Origin: Octopus sinensis | Taxonomy: Eukaryota | NCBI RefSeq assembly: GCF_006345805.1 | Contig: NW_021829677.1 | Span: 1 to 40,706 of the forward strand | Direction of reading: 5' to 3' | Length of the DNA stretch: 40,706 nt | In this document: piece after piece, positions 1 through 14,151 of the stretch | How the letters are laid out: the number at the start of each line of letters is the position of its first letter | How positions within the stretch are numbered: the stretch's first letter is position 1 | Translations under genes and position numbers: made by a program | The notes under the pieces: generated by a model | The model's input: the letters and a program-made list of their open reading frames with translations, nothing else | Database searches by the model: none | Told to the model about the DNA's origin: nothing

Positions 1-10
1 AGATAGATAG

Positions 11-58
<48 letters not shown>

Positions 59-233
59 GAGATAGATAATAGATAGATGCATACATACATAGTTGTGATC
101 AAGACTTGATCACAACCGTCACACACACACATATATATATACAGGCATATAGATATAGAGAGATAAGTAGATTGATAGATAGATCGATAGATAGATAAAT
201 AGACAGATAGATAGATAGATAGATAGATAGATC

Positions 234-305
<72 letters not shown>
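1..305. repeat. (AGAT)n / GATA tetranucleotide microsatellite, interrupted
   Basis: Long runs of agatagat visible directly; these produce the SIYL-repeat ORFs 99..332 and 119..316. Confidence 0.97.
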
Positions 306-840
306 CTCAATGGCATTGAATCTGAATGTCACTCAACAATAACGGCTCTAGTATTACCACTTTCTCACCTAATCTTCTACGATTAGCAACCAGTGCCTAT
401 ACTAGTGGTAGTTATGGTGCTACTGTTGACATAATTTAGACGACCACGACCATGATAACAACATGTATCCAGTTTATAATCATCTTCACCTCGATTCTAC
501 TATCAGTTACCCACACCTGAAGCAAAATCCTTCCATAGCCAATGCTACCACGACCAAGACTATTACATTCACAAGAAAAGCATCTCGACTACCACCACTA
601 ACAACAATAACAATAACAACAAAACCATCTCCAGTATCAACATCAGTATCCATATCATCCCAGTAGTGTCCTCCTCACTAGTCACATTTATAGAGAGCCA
701 ATCACTTCTCTGAATTTTCTGCTTTAGGTCCAAATAATCGATATCTAGAATGTGACATACGGACAAGTTTAAATTTACATCCAGACAAAATCGTATTATA
801 TTTGCAGGAAGTTGAAAACACAATCATTTTAATCAAACCG

Positions 841-1207
841 CCTGACTCTCTCTCACTCTCTCTCTTTCTCTCTCTTCCTTTCTCCTTCACTTTCTCCCTT
901 TCCCTCTCTCTCTCTTATTTTGTCATTACCCCGGTGACCACATGTATGTGTGAGTGTGTTATATAAATACATACATATATACATGCATATATATATATAT
1001 ATTATATATAATATATATATATATATATACACATAAATATATATGTAAATATATGATGTATGTGCATATATATATACATGGATACATATAAATATACATA
1101 AGCATATATATATATTCATATATATATTTGTAGGAGAGAGAGAGAGAGACAATGATTGATAGATAGATGCACACATCTATATTCACACTTATATGTACAA
1201 ATAGTAT

Positions 1208-1260
<53 letters not shown>

Positions 1261-1345
1261 TATACATATCGCACACACAAACACACTCATATATATATAT
1301 ATAACCGCATACATATTTATATGTAAGTGCATATATATATATACA
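841..1345. repeat. Compound (CT)n/(TA)n/(GA)n/(CA)n microsatellite block
   Basis: Direct reading of dinucleotide tracts. Confidence 0.92.
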
Positions 1346-1354
1346 TAATTAATT

Positions 1355-1790
1355 AATAAGGGTGAGAGAATTAGATACTAATTTAATAGTATATTATTCA
1401 ACACCAAGTGGCCTAGTGCTACGAGAAACCTGGATTATTATAATATTTTATAACATATTATATATTTTGTGTGTGTGTGTGTGTATTTATGTATTCATAT
1501 ACATGTTTCAGTATCCATTTCACTGAGTAAAATATGGAGAGACGTCGATGATGTCACACCTCCTTAAGTTAGGGTCTTCAGTCGATTCCAGTTGTAGGCG
1601 TTTAGGAAACTGTATTAGATGGGATACTTAATTTTACTCACCTCAACTCACATTCTCGCCTCCCTCCATTAGATTGGTTTTCTATATAGCTTTTCTGCTT
1701 GTTTGGATCCCTCACCCACATATAAGTTATACGCCTATACGTTTATGTATGTGAATATATATTTGTGTATAAACCTGTGTACGTGCTAGC
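1355..1790. mobile_element. Interspersed-repeat remnant, family uncertain; left part has a second, inverted copy at ~18610-18725
   Basis: 1355-1450 (ataagggtgagagaattagatac...accaagtggcctag) resembles the reverse complement of 18650-18720 (ataatggggaaaaattggac...accagtggtctcgg). The family is not assigned. Confidence 0.4.
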
Positions 1791-2387
1791 GTTTTGTAAC
1801 TATTATATATGCAATTAGCTTTGGGGTAATATAATTAACTACTAATAACTTATACAATGCAACGTTAGAATCACAGTGATAGCGTATCACCAGGAAAGAT
1901 AGAACTGCACATATCTCCTTGCTAGGGGTGCTCTGGTGTATATGTGTATATATGAACATATCCATAAATATATGCACATACGTTTTATATACATTTAAAT
2001 ACATACATACATGTGTGTGCTTCTATGTATTATGTGTGTGTGTGGATGTATATATATATATGTATATATATATATTATATATATATGTAAACATGCACAA
2101 AGAGGTAACTAGAATGGGAGAAAGATGCAAATTTGGCTTATGAAAAGATTTTAAGAGACCTGTTCTAAGAACTAGAGCAACCGTCAAGGCAGAGTACTAT
2201 TTTAATATTTTACAGTTATAAAATGTAATAAACAAGTCTACAAACTTATTATAGGTTGAAAATTTCCGGCACTCAAAGTGGAAATATCCTTTAGCTTGTG
2301 ATGTAGCTATACAGAGGCAATTGAGTGGTTTCATAATGACAGATAAAAGTTAAGGTTCCTCAGTTTGATAATGATAATTATCATACT

Positions 2388-2659
2388 TCTCTCTCTCGGT
2401 CTCTCTCTCTCTCTCTATCTATCTATCTGTCTATCTGTCTCTCTCTCTCTATATATATAAAGATATATACATACACACACACATATACGTATATATGTAT
2501 ATATAAATAATGTATATAATATATATAATATATAAACATATATATATATACATATATATCTAAACACACACACACACATATATTTAATATATATATATAT
2601 ATATATAGATGTATGTATGTATATGTATATGCATATATACATACATACATATATATATA

Positions 2660-2718
<59 letters not shown>

Positions 2719-2765
2719 ACATACATACATGATACATAGATACATACATACCCACTCAACACACA
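2388..2765. repeat. Compound (CT)n/(TA)n/(CA)n microsatellite
   Basis: Direct reading. Confidence 0.92.
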
Positions 2766-2935
2766 CATTTTTGAGAGAAACTCAGTTGTACAGGATTAAC
2801 GTTTTATTCCGGTGGGTATTCGCTAATGACGATTGTATTAATAAGCAATGTCACTTGTTCTGTTCTGTTGAAGCAGAAATTCGCAATCCAGTGTTAAATT
2901 ACTTCTAGTTAAAATGAGAAGTTAAAAAATATGTA

Positions 2936-2990
2936 AGCAGTGGTAGCAGCAGCAGCAGCAGTAGCAGCAGCAGCAGCAGTAGTAGAAGTT

Positions 2991-3027
<37 letters not shown>

Positions 3028-3160
3028 CAGCAACAGCAGCAGCAATTGTTGTTGTAGTAATGCCACTGCATATTAATGTTAACAGTAAGATTTATAGATA
3101 GTAACATTAGGAAATATAAATAAATAAATAAATAAATAAATAATAAACAAACAAATAAGT
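2936..3160. repeat. (CAG)n/(TAG)n trinucleotide block followed by (TAAA)n
   Basis: Direct reading; this produces the poly-C/poly-Y ORF 2922..3188. Confidence 0.93.
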
Positions 3161-3804
3161 AAATAAATTTTAGTGTTTTAAGTAACATTTTCGATAGTCA
3201 AAAATCATGTTATGAAACATGTTACCAGTCATAATATCAAATGACGCTTATGTTGATAATTATAATAAACATGACTGACAACATTTTGAATTAACAATGT
3301 AATTAATTGATGCAATCAAAGCACGAATGTTTTGGTATTCATGACCATTACCGATCAGATCAATTATATCACTTACTATCATCCATATAAAATCAGATAT
3401 GCATTCTCATATTTAATTGGTACGAAACTATCAACCGATACTTCGTTTCTTTCTTTGATATCTCTTTGCTAATTTCTATCCTTCTCTGTTCACTAACTCC
3501 TTGTCTTTCATGTCTGTCTTGTCTCCTCTCTCTTTCTCTCTTTTCTTCCTCTGTTTACCCTTTTCCACCAATTTTTACCTCTGAAGTTCTCTATTCCTCA
3601 TCGAGATTTCGTTTTCTCAATCAGTTATCTCTTCATATGTCTCTATATTTCGTTTTCTCAGCCACTTAATTGCTATAATTTACGCTTTGTTCAACAGGTT
3701 CTATGTACTACATACGTTAAAATTCACAATCCAGTGAAACCTGCATATGTCTGAATTTGTGCAGAGAAAACATTGAATAAATTGCAATTAGTGAGTGACA
3801 ATAT

Positions 3805-3832
3805 GACGTTTCGTGTTTCCGACCTTCATCAA
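3805..3832 (-). mobile_element. Degenerate Penelope-like minimal hammerhead motif (TTGATGA...GAAACGTC)
   Basis: The minus strand reads TTTGATGA-AGGTCGGAAACAC-GAAACGTC-A, the layout known from Penelope-like element termini. C3 is replaced by T and helices I and II are broken. Confidence 0.4.
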
Positions 3833-5699
3833 AGAGAAATAATTTTAAATTAGTTAATTTCCTACAAGGGATGATAACACACTGGAATTTTCATTTATCT
3901 GAGGACTGAATTATATATGAACAGGCGAAGTAGAAATTTCATATTCAATGAATATATTTATTTCTGATTTAATGCATGGATTATTTTTCCTAAAACATTA
4001 TTTCATTATGCTATTTCGATTATATCTTTGATTTAATCTTATATATCTACGATTTCATTCCATAGGTTGGCCAAAACACAACTCGAAACCTTACTTATTT
4101 TTTGTACAAATTTGGAGCATGCTCTTTAATTATCTTAGAAGTCCATCAGTCAATCGCACATCATGACAAGAAGACCAATATCTTAGGGGTGCTTTATAGT
4201 TATAGCTAAATACTTGCAACAACATAAACTGAATTAATATAAAACAAAGTATAGAACCCAATAACGTTGATGTGTTCTGCAGGAATATTATTGGAGATTC
4301 ATAAACTAAGTGAAATTTTAACCAATAAATGCATTTTTTTGTTGTGTAGTTCTAATCTATTCCTGTTGGAACAGCCGTGTCACCAATTTCGTTCCAGCTA
4401 TACCTTTCATGTTATCTGGCATTGTGTTCTCTAGCACATATTTTCTTTATAAAGCATTCTTATTTTTATTTTTAGGAATATGTTGCTACTAATCTAGCAG
4501 GTTCAAGTAAACACGAAAAATTAAACTATGCTAGTTAGTCATATTTAATGAACAATATGGCAAATGCTGGAAAATTATAGAATCTTTATTAATGACTTTG
4601 TGATATGAAATATTTTCTCACATTCGTGGTTTACTTGGTTAAGGTATACATTTTTGTCATTAGATCCTTGGATCTAAACTTTAAATGAGGTTGTATTATC
4701 TTCATACATTGCCAAAAACATACCGCAGAAAATATGCATAAATGTGTGTTATATGCATGCATATATGTGTATATACACATATATACGCAATCATGTACAC
4801 ACACAGTGACACACACACACATATATGTATGTTTTTGTGTGTGTGTGTATATGTGTGTGTATGTGCGTGTGTAATTATGAATATATGTATATATATATAT
4901 GTGCATGTATGCGTAAATGTATATGCATGTTTATACCAAGAGTTTAAGAGAGAAACACATATCTATACCACATTAGTCATCTCACTAACAATCTCTACAT
5001 TATATTATTACATGTAGAGTTACTTGATTGTTGATTGATTGACGCACAGATAGGAGCTGAGACTCATATATGTATATCTAAAAATACAAAAACTATAGAA
5101 ATACAAATAAATAGAAGAATAGACATTCAAAGAGATAAACAGATAGATCAAAACTTCAATGTACCTCAGCTGATATTTCCCATCATAGCAAATTTACCAC
5201 TGCTGAACAAATATCCGGTAATATTCTTGTTATTATTTATCATAACGCAAATAGATATATCGAAAGAAGTGTTCATCTTCAATAACATAGCTCATACTAG
5301 CAAACAACATGGATAGCTTTTGTCATACATAACGTATCACACGGAAAGATCTGTCACATATATATGAATACATATCCTTCTCATATATTTATTTATTTAG
5401 TGACTTAATATATATTTATGTATTTATTTGTTTGTTACTATATTGTATCAGAATCATTCTTATTTGCGTATAGTCATATCATCGTGCTGATAGTAATCGG
5501 AATGTCATACTCGAATTTCCCCATCTTTTGTATTGTGGACATCTACATAACGCTTTTGACATTGACTTTTATTCTGTATTTTGCCACAAGGAGAACACAA
5601 AAATATACATTGAGATAAAAGAATGTACTAAAATAATTCGGCATGTAACGTATGTAATACAAGAATTGCATAATGCTATTAACAAAAACCCAAAAGTAT

Positions 5700-5839
5700 A
5701 TATAGGGTGTGTGTGTATGCATAAATATGTATATATATATGTATATATATATATATATATTATATATATATATATACATATATATTAATATATATATATA
5801 TAGATGTATAATCTGCGATGATTTTATGTATATATATAT

Positions 5840-5885
<46 letters not shown>

Positions 5886-5962
5886 TATATATATATATAT
5901 ATATGTATGTATATATATACATATATACATATATATACATATATATACATATATATTAATAT

Positions 5963-6005
<43 letters not shown>

Positions 6006-6080
6006 ATATATACATATATATACGTGCATACATAAATACATACATAATACTTATATATATATATATATGCACATGCGTAG
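5700..6080. repeat. (TA)n-rich microsatellite
   Basis: Direct reading; this produces the YI-repeat ORFs 5543..6160, 5709..6035 and 5760..6041. Confidence 0.95.
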
Positions 6081-6837
6081 ATAACGAATAAGAGGTAGAA
6101 AGATGTTTCTTTTGCTGACTGGTCTGATGGCTGGTTGATTTCTCTGGTCATGCTTAACATGTAATAGAGGAAGAGAGAAGGGCAAGGTAAGGAAAGTCAG
6201 TGAGTGAGATAGCGGGGGATGTAGAGAGTCTGTAAAAGAGAATGAGAGGGAGTAAGAGCATAACTTTTCACAACAGTATAATAAAGCATTAAAACATATG
6301 ATAGAAATAACAGTTATAATTCTAAGTGCTAGGAATGGAAAGAGAGAATAGGAGGATGAGTGATGGGTAGAGGGGAGAGAGAGGGGAAGGGAAAGAGAGA
6401 TATAATAGGGGTAGAAGGTGGTAGGTAGAGAGATAGACAGAAGAGGGGAGGCAATAAATTATAAACGTATCCTAGAAGAAATTAAAGCATATCATATTAG
6501 AAAAATTATTCGAAAAACAATGAAAATGGTGGGATAAGATCGTGAGTCATCTATTTGAAACGTATTTTATTACACATACATGTTAAGTTAAGGAAATAAA
6601 TATATTTCTTCTGAAAATGAATATTAATTTCATCATTTTGTATAAGCACGAAGAAATTTTATAGAAAATTATACTTATTGTATGTATTCTATAATTCTTA
6701 ATATTACCCATGGTAGAAAAACATTCGTTTGGGTTTTGCTGTCCACTTAATAAATCTTATCGCGATTGTTAACGGCGCATCCACCATTAGAATAATTATG
6801 CTGCTGCTGCTGAAGATAATCTCCGTCCTCGTCGTTG

Positions 6838-6870
<33 letters not shown>

Positions 6871-6919
6871 CCCTCTACCTACTTTTTGCCGCTCCCCGTC
6901 ACCAATAACATATTTCATT

Positions 6920-7330
6920 CTTTCTGACCTAGACACAAGGTCTAGAATTTGGTTTAGAGGAATAGCTGATGAAATCAGCATCAATGCTGGATTGTCACAT
7001 TATTTTATCAACTGCTAAAGGAAGAATGGTAAAGTTCTTTTTGGCAGTATTTGAACTCTGAACGTAAAGGTTCGTAATGACAATAATATATAGAACTGAG
7101 ACACAAGTTCGTCAGTTTTGAAAAGAGAGTGTTAATCGATAAAATCACTTGAGTGGTACTTCAATTTTATCAAGCATGGAATGATTAAAAAGAAAAACTT
7201 TATTGAATTCTGCCTGATCTTGAACTCAGAACCTCATGGATTGGAAACAAATAAAATAAAGCAGAGACATGTTTTTTTTTCCTTTTCCTTCTTTTTCTCT
7301 GTTCGCCGCTTTAACGATTCTGCAAAAACG
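6920..7330 (-). mobile_element. Two heavily decayed copies of SINE family B (same family as 33521-34102)
   Basis: Scattered matches to family B motifs: tttgaactctgaacgtaaag, cttgaactcagaac, ttaatcgat, ggtactt...ttttatc, ttaacgattctgca. Confidence 0.4.
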
Positions 7331-7915
7331 ATCGCCATTAGATTCATTACAAACCATAATTGTACCATAGCCAGCCATTGGTGTGTTCGTTCTTTGTTAA
7401 GCTGTAGAAACATCTATTTAGAAAAAAAATTGAATAGAACATCAAATAAAAAATAGAAAATATAACAAGATGGATTTACAGGAAATTTAACATTTTTTTG
7501 TTCCACTAATTAGATTATTGCAGTAACTTTTCTCTGATTATCCATTTATTTATCTTAGCTTATTTATAGCTTGATTGTCTTCATGCTTTTTTTGTTTTCT
7601 TGTTTCACCTGTTGTAGTACTTCATATTGTAATGTTCTATCTGTGGTAATTATTTTGTCTTTAATGTTATTTCTTTCGTGGTAATTATGTATTGCTTGTT
7701 GCTCGCATTTTGTTATTATTATTTTTATTGTATTAATGTGTGAATGTACATATGTTTGAAATAATGTATGTGTCTATACATAGATATATATATACAGATG
7801 GTCATGTGTATGTTTGTGTGCTTGCGTTTTTAATGTAAATTCGTTGCAATATCTGATTCAACTTACTGCACTTCTCACCGCTCAAAGTTCGAATATTACT
7901 GAGGCCAAAGTTACA

Positions 7916-7999
7916 TTCTTCTTCTTCTTCTTCTTCTTCTTCTTCTTCTTCTTCTTCTTCTTCTTCTTCTTCTTCTTCTTCTTCTTCTCCTTCTTCTTC
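7916..7999. repeat. (TTC)n trinucleotide microsatellite
   Basis: Nearly perfect tract; produces the poly-E and poly-F ORFs. Confidence 0.98.
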
Positions 8000-9079
8000 T
8001 TTAAGCCCTTCAGTCAATTACACCAAGGATCCAAGAATTAAGCATGGAATGTAGCTCCATCATCCCTTCACTATCAAATTATAGAAATGGTAATCAAGCA
8101 AGCAGTTTGCATATATGTATGTGCGTTGTATTAATGAAAACGTTAAATTGTGCGAAAGTATTATATATATATATATATATATATATATTCTTGTATGTCT
8201 ATATGCAGATTAATATAGTTAGGTAAAGGAATAAATGACAAATATTGAAGTTAAAATAAGTATACGTAAGTAAGAAATAATATTTATGCCTTGATACCAA
8301 TGTCGGTCCACTGCACAACATCATTATTAAAATAACAAGACGATAGAAGAAGTTGCATTGAGATATCCCTCCTATCATACCCTTCCAGCTTATATATGAA
8401 ATGATACATTCAAAAGCAATGTTCTCGCTAAAATTGAATGGCGAGAAAGACGATTGGATGCGCAAGGGCTGGCCTGAAGATAAACAACAACAAAAACACA
8501 AAGACTAGAAGGTCAACAGCAATTGTAACAACAACAACAACAACCGATCAAACTGAGCGAACCTCAATAACGGTGATTTCCAACGTGGGTCATAAGTCCC
8601 ACCTGGGAACAATTATGGTGGAGCGTGAGATCCAAAGTTTTCTTTGTTTTTAGTGGGACATGAGATTGTGAAAATCGTTTCTTTCACAACAAATATACTA
8701 CACTTATACTCAGCCTAACCAAACCAATCCCTCCAGCCAAGCGTGCTGTGAGAAAACTGTTTGCTATATATAGTACACTGCTAGTATAATATCCTAGTGT
8801 GGATGTTTCTTTAAGGAAAGTATATAATTATGAATTGTCGACAAAAGAGTTACCGGTAGATTCTTTTGTATTAAATGAGTGTGATAAAATAAATACGTTG
8901 CTTTTCTCTCCAGTCCCCGGTGGGTACATACATTTTTCTGAAAATTTATTGAGAGAAAATAGGTTTGGAAATACTGCTCTATAATATAGTGACATGGGCA
9001 AGCTTTTTCGATACGAGTGTCGCATGAGACCTGGGTCGTACTATTAAAAGCATTCAAGCTAAATTTTTCCTTTGGGCGT

Positions 9080-9290
9080 GGCATTCAGAAAATCCACCGC
9101 GACACAGTTTGTTCACAACTGCTCTTAATAGTTCTGCGACTTCTGAGAAATACCAGCTAAATCGCCATAAAAAAGTTATTCGAATATCTGCGAAAACTGT
9201 GAAGTGAGAAAAAAGAAAGGTCTAGATATAGGGCTAGATATATAGTATGACTTAAGAAAGGTATGATGCTCGCGGCTAGAACGCCTCCGA
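9080..9290 (+). mobile_element. Possible highly decayed integrase zinc-binding relic (Ginger/Gypsy-type)
   Basis: Piecing + frames across frameshifts gives IQKIHRDTV...IAIKKLFEYL / ICENCEVRKKKGL / YDARG*. This resembles the HxxxH...CxxC...KKGL...(F/Y)(N/D)xRGQ layout of such integrases, but it needs several frameshifts and stops and was aligned by eye only. Confidence 0.25.
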
Positions 9291-9708
9291 TGTATCCTGA
9301 GCAGTTTAATTCAGACCCCAAGAGAGTCAAATATCAATAACATCAACATCAACATCAAATTCCATCACTGCTGGCACTAACATTAGCCATCAGAACTAAA
9401 TATATTATACGTGAGATTCAAGTTTACAAAGGAGAACAAGAAATAAACAAAATAATTATAATAAAAAGAATATTTAACAAAAAATTTACAAAATTAGTAA
9501 AACTAAATAGCAAAACCTCAACAATAACAAAATATATGCAGTAAAGTCTCAACTGGTAAGTTGAATAAACAAGAACAAGAGCTAAACATAGAAGCATTCA
9601 TGGTTAATGTTTTCAGCTAGCATAACAAGCAATAAAAATTTTCTGCAATTGAAGAACGGGCCATGTTAACATACTAACAGTGTACATGTGACTAAATGCA
9701 CATGCACA

Positions 9709-9750
<42 letters not shown>

Positions 9751-9884
9751 CACACACAAACATGTATGTGCGCGCGTGACTGTGTATACATATAATTTTG
9801 GTAATTGTAACTAACTCTTGCATATTCTGCCAAGTGTTTGGCGAGTGTGTGTCTGCACGCGTATATCTATATATGTATATATAT

Positions 9885-9929
<45 letters not shown>

Positions 9930-10379
9930 ATACATGTGCGTTTGCATAATTTTTCGTATACGCATATACATATAACAAATATACGAGTATAATATATACG
10001 TATATGTAACATATACACGCATATATATTTTAATGTATATGGGCCTTCCACCACTATTCTTCAGAAACATGGGTTAATTTTTTTTCTACTAATGTGAAAA
10101 ATAACACAGTATAACATAGTTGTAGATCTGGTGAAGTATTATTTATTGATTGAATATGAAGGGAAACAGACATATTCAAAATAATTAATACATGTGTTTC
10201 TCTGTGCTCTGCGTTTGTACTTGTATGTGCATCTACGCTCATATACATACGTATATATATATATATATACATATACATTTTATATATATATATATACATA
10301 TACATTTATATATATATATATATACATTCATTATATAGCACAATCTTATACATATTCAGGCTCACGTTTTGATGTACAA

Positions 10380-10470
10380 ATTCGACAAATTTTCAATAAG
10401 GTCACATGAACGAGGGTATGAAAACCACAAACTAGAGTTACTTCCGTAGTTGATCATGAGTCCACACATA
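10380..10470. mobile_element. Interspersed-repeat fragment containing the source-like copy of the 34-nt segment found inverted at 15941-15974
   Basis: 10431-10464 is a 33/34 reverse-complement match to 15941-15974. Confidence 0.5.
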
Positions 10471-10609
10471 ACTCCATGCACACATGCATTCATGCTTTTG
10501 TATACTTGTACAAACCTCTGCGCCAATCTCGAGAAGTCGAAGTTGGGAAACCAGAAAAGCCGTAACTAATTAGGAAATTAGGAAATTACAAATCAGAAAT
10601 ATGTATTCT

Positions 10610-10684
10610 AAGGTATATATATATATATATATTATATATATATATTATATATAATATATTATATATATATATATATGCACAATG

Positions 10685-10722
<38 letters not shown>

Positions 10723-10902
10723 ATATACATATATACATATATGTATACATATATGTATATATATATATATATATATATTATACTATATATACATATATGT
10801 ATACATATATGTATATTATATATATGTATATGTATACATATATGTATACATATATATATATATACACGCATGCATACACACACACACACATACACATATA
10901 TG

Positions 10903-10934
<32 letters not shown>

Positions 10935-11165
10935 AATATATATATGTGTGTATGTGATGATTATAATTAGAAATATGCGTAACCGTAATTGGGGATTATA
11001 AGCTGTAGATGAAATAGAGAAAGTGATTTCAGAGATGACTCTTTATTATGTGCACGTATACATGAGTGTGCACACACACACACATGTATATATATATATA
11101 CATATATGTGTGCGTATTGTGTATCTGTGTGTGTTCATATGCATGTATGTATATGCATATACTTA

Positions 11166-11226
<61 letters not shown>

Positions 11227-11270
11227 GTATATGTACACGCACACACAGACACACAGACTTGTATATATAT

Positions 11271-11335
<65 letters not shown>
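10610..11335. repeat. Two large (TA)n/(CA)n/(GA)n compound microsatellite blocks
   Basis: Direct reading. Confidence 0.93.
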
Positions 11336-11336
<1 letters not shown>

Positions 11337-13341
11337 CTCATACATGCATAAATACATACATTTGTCCATCGAAGTCTTTGATAACTTTCTGCATCTTCCA
11401 TATGTGGATGATTGCTCAGTCCAATTTATCTTGTTCTTCATTTGTTGATCCAATGACGACAAGACTTTTTCTTAAAGAACACAACAAAGAAGCAACCGCG
11501 ACTAAATGAATACAACAAAAGAGACAATCGCCACTACTGTCTCTTTGCTCTGCGATTAATCTTCGCGATTAAGCCCCCTGCGGACGTGACCGTATTTCAT
11601 CGTTGAGGATGCTAATGATATCATGGCCACTGCAATGACAACGATCATATATGTGATTCGTGAAACATGATGCACATTGCATGAGATACCTGCATCATGG
11701 AGTATTATATGGGTGTTGGGTATAATTTGAAATGTGCAGGAGATAGGTTCAGTAGCAAATGTGTTCTAAGACTATTGGGACATCATATTAGGGGCCGGAT
11801 GCCGGATATGAGGACGGTGAGAAACCTGTTGTCAGCTGATTGCTAGCTTATCTATTTTTCTGGTGTGGTAGTATTGTTTAGGTCTCTAAAAGCCATATAC
11901 ACATCTTCTAGGTATGATTTGAGACGCTCTGCATGTCCACCACTCTCATGTAGTCATGCACTACGAACGTCCAACTAATTTATGTTGGATATATCCGTCC
12001 TTTTGCAAGGTTATGCTTATTATTTTATCCCGTTTCTGACAATGTTCCACACCAAGTTAACCAGATGGGTGCGCAAGCTTTTGTCAACTAAGAACAGCAA
12101 TTTAACAAACTGTGATTTGTTTTTTCTAAAAGATCTTCGTTTGAGCTCTGGAGACCTGTTCTTTCTCTTAAAGTCTTAAAAACACAACCTGATGATTAGA
12201 ATATATATATACCATACATTACATACGTACATACATAAATACGTGCGTAAATATATGTACATGCACACATACATGCAAAGATACACGCATACATACATAC
12301 GTGTATATATATGTACATACACACATACATACATACGTGCATACGTACATGCGTACATACAAACATACATACATACATACAGGCATGCATACACACAATG
12401 AAATGGTTTAAGAGTTCCAGTACCCATTTATATTGCCACCCACAATGAATTACCTTCTATGGTATTGTAAAGTTGTGTTTTGATGTTAGGCATGTATATA
12501 TAATTAGATAAAAGTTAAAAGAGACACAATTTTTATGCGTTTCTTTACACTTTTATGTTGTTTTAAAGCAGTTTTCATAAATTTCAAATGATATCAAAAT
12601 AAAACGTGTAGCACTACACCAACAAAGGCAATACTACATCCACAACCACAAGCACATACACACACACGCATACACACACAAATACACACACATACGTGTG
12701 CGCAATGTGAAATAATCATACATAAAATAAACACTGCTGCTATTAAAATGAATAATTCACGTTGGTAGGTTTCCAACCGTTCCATATGTAACTTTAAAAA
12801 ACACTTATTATTTTCATTCTCTCATGTGTATGTAAATTATGTAATTTAATACTGCTGAACTAAGGGGAATAAAGTACCAGAACAGCAATGTGTAACAAAT
12901 ATATACATTATATAATGTGATCTATGTAGAAATAAATAAATATTAGCTTCAACGTTTTGAAATAATAATTGCATTATTATGATTTTGTCTCCGTGACAAA
13001 TAAATGATTTTCGTCTTTTTGTTATTGATGTTTATGTTAGGGTTAGTAATGGTGTTTAGATTACATTGATCCAAAGATCAAAAACATTTACGTCATAAAA
13101 ATCCGGTTCTTTGTTTCCTTCAGGAAAAATGTACCACCGTGCTCATTATCAATCTTGTCCTTTTTCGAGAAACTAGATTATGTCTTGAAGAATATCTAGA
13201 TATCGTTTATTGTAGGGTGTGCCGCACGCACAGAATTCTTCGTTGACTCATTACAAATTCACTTCAACTTTAGCACAGACACTGTTGTTAGCTAAGTGTT
13301 GTAGCTACTGTTAGACTTTTGTTGCCATTAGTAGTGACAGA

Positions 13342-13445
13342 GGGTGGGGAGCTGGCAGAATTGTGGGTTAGACAAAATGCTTCGCGGCATTTTCTTCTGG
13401 CACTTTGCCCTCTGAGTTCAAGATAATTTGCCTTTCATCTTTTAT
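13342..13445 (+). mobile_element. SINE family B, decayed 5' portion
   Basis: gagctggcagaa (A-box-like), aaatgcttcgcggcattt, ctgagttcaa (B-box-like) and gcctttcatc match the family B head seen at 34102-33990 (-) and 39138 (+). Confidence 0.6.
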
Positions 13446-13589
13446 GGCCGGTAAATTATAGTATAAGTTGGAAACTGTGCACAATGTTATTGGGGAACCC
13501 CCACAGAATTTCAAACTATGTGCCTATATAGTAGAAAGGATAATTAGTGGTGGAAGGTCACGCGCATTCACCCATATACACACAACTCC

Positions 13590-13591
13590 CC

Positions 13592-13664
<73 letters not shown>

Positions 13665-13783
13665 TATATAATGTATATATATATGTATACATATATAATG
13701 TATATATATATGTAATATATATATATATATATAATATGTATATATATATATATATCCTATATATGTTATATATAATATATATG

Positions 13784-13831
<48 letters not shown>

Positions 13832-13935
13832 TATATATGCAGATATATATGTGTATGTATAAATATATGTATAGTATATATGTATATATATATTTGTATA
13901 ATATATATATTTGTGTATATCTATATATTTTATAT

Positions 13936-13967
<32 letters not shown>

Positions 13968-13997
13968 CATACATACATACATACATTTATACATACA
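13590..13997. repeat. (TA)n-rich microsatellite
   Basis: Direct reading. Confidence 0.95.
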
Positions 13998-14069
13998 TAC
14001 GATGGGGTGCCGAAAAGTTTCTGGCTTTGGGGAAAATAGGAGGATCATGATTTTATTCAACATATTCCA
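13998..14069 (+). mobile_element. Solo mariner-like terminal inverted repeat fragment
   Basis: TACGATGGGGTGCCGAAAAGTTTCTGGCTTT resembles mariner-type ends (TACGAGGG...GAAAAGT) and starts at TA. It continues gattttattcaacatattcc. No transposase or partner TIR was seen in the window. Confidence 0.6.
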
Positions 14070-14075
14070 ATACTC

Positions 14076-14130
<55 letters not shown>

Positions 14131-14146
14131 TAATAATAATAATAAC
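14076..14146. repeat. (AAT)n microsatellite
   Basis: Direct reading. Confidence 0.97.
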
Positions 14147-14151
14147 AATTA

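Noticed and set aside
9543-9562. Microexon ending at a perfect CTG|GTAAGT donor
   Set aside because: The upstream acceptor lacks a polypyrimidine tract and isolated donors occur by chance.
11590-11960. GC-richer segment with partial minus-strand frames and two 9-bp hairpins
   Set aside because: Frames are interrupted by stops, no family was recognised, and 9-bp stems are expected by chance.
13124-13246. Strong acceptor TTCTTTGTTTCCTTCAG followed by a 40-codon open frame
   Set aside because: No convincing donor, no protein similarity and no partner exons.
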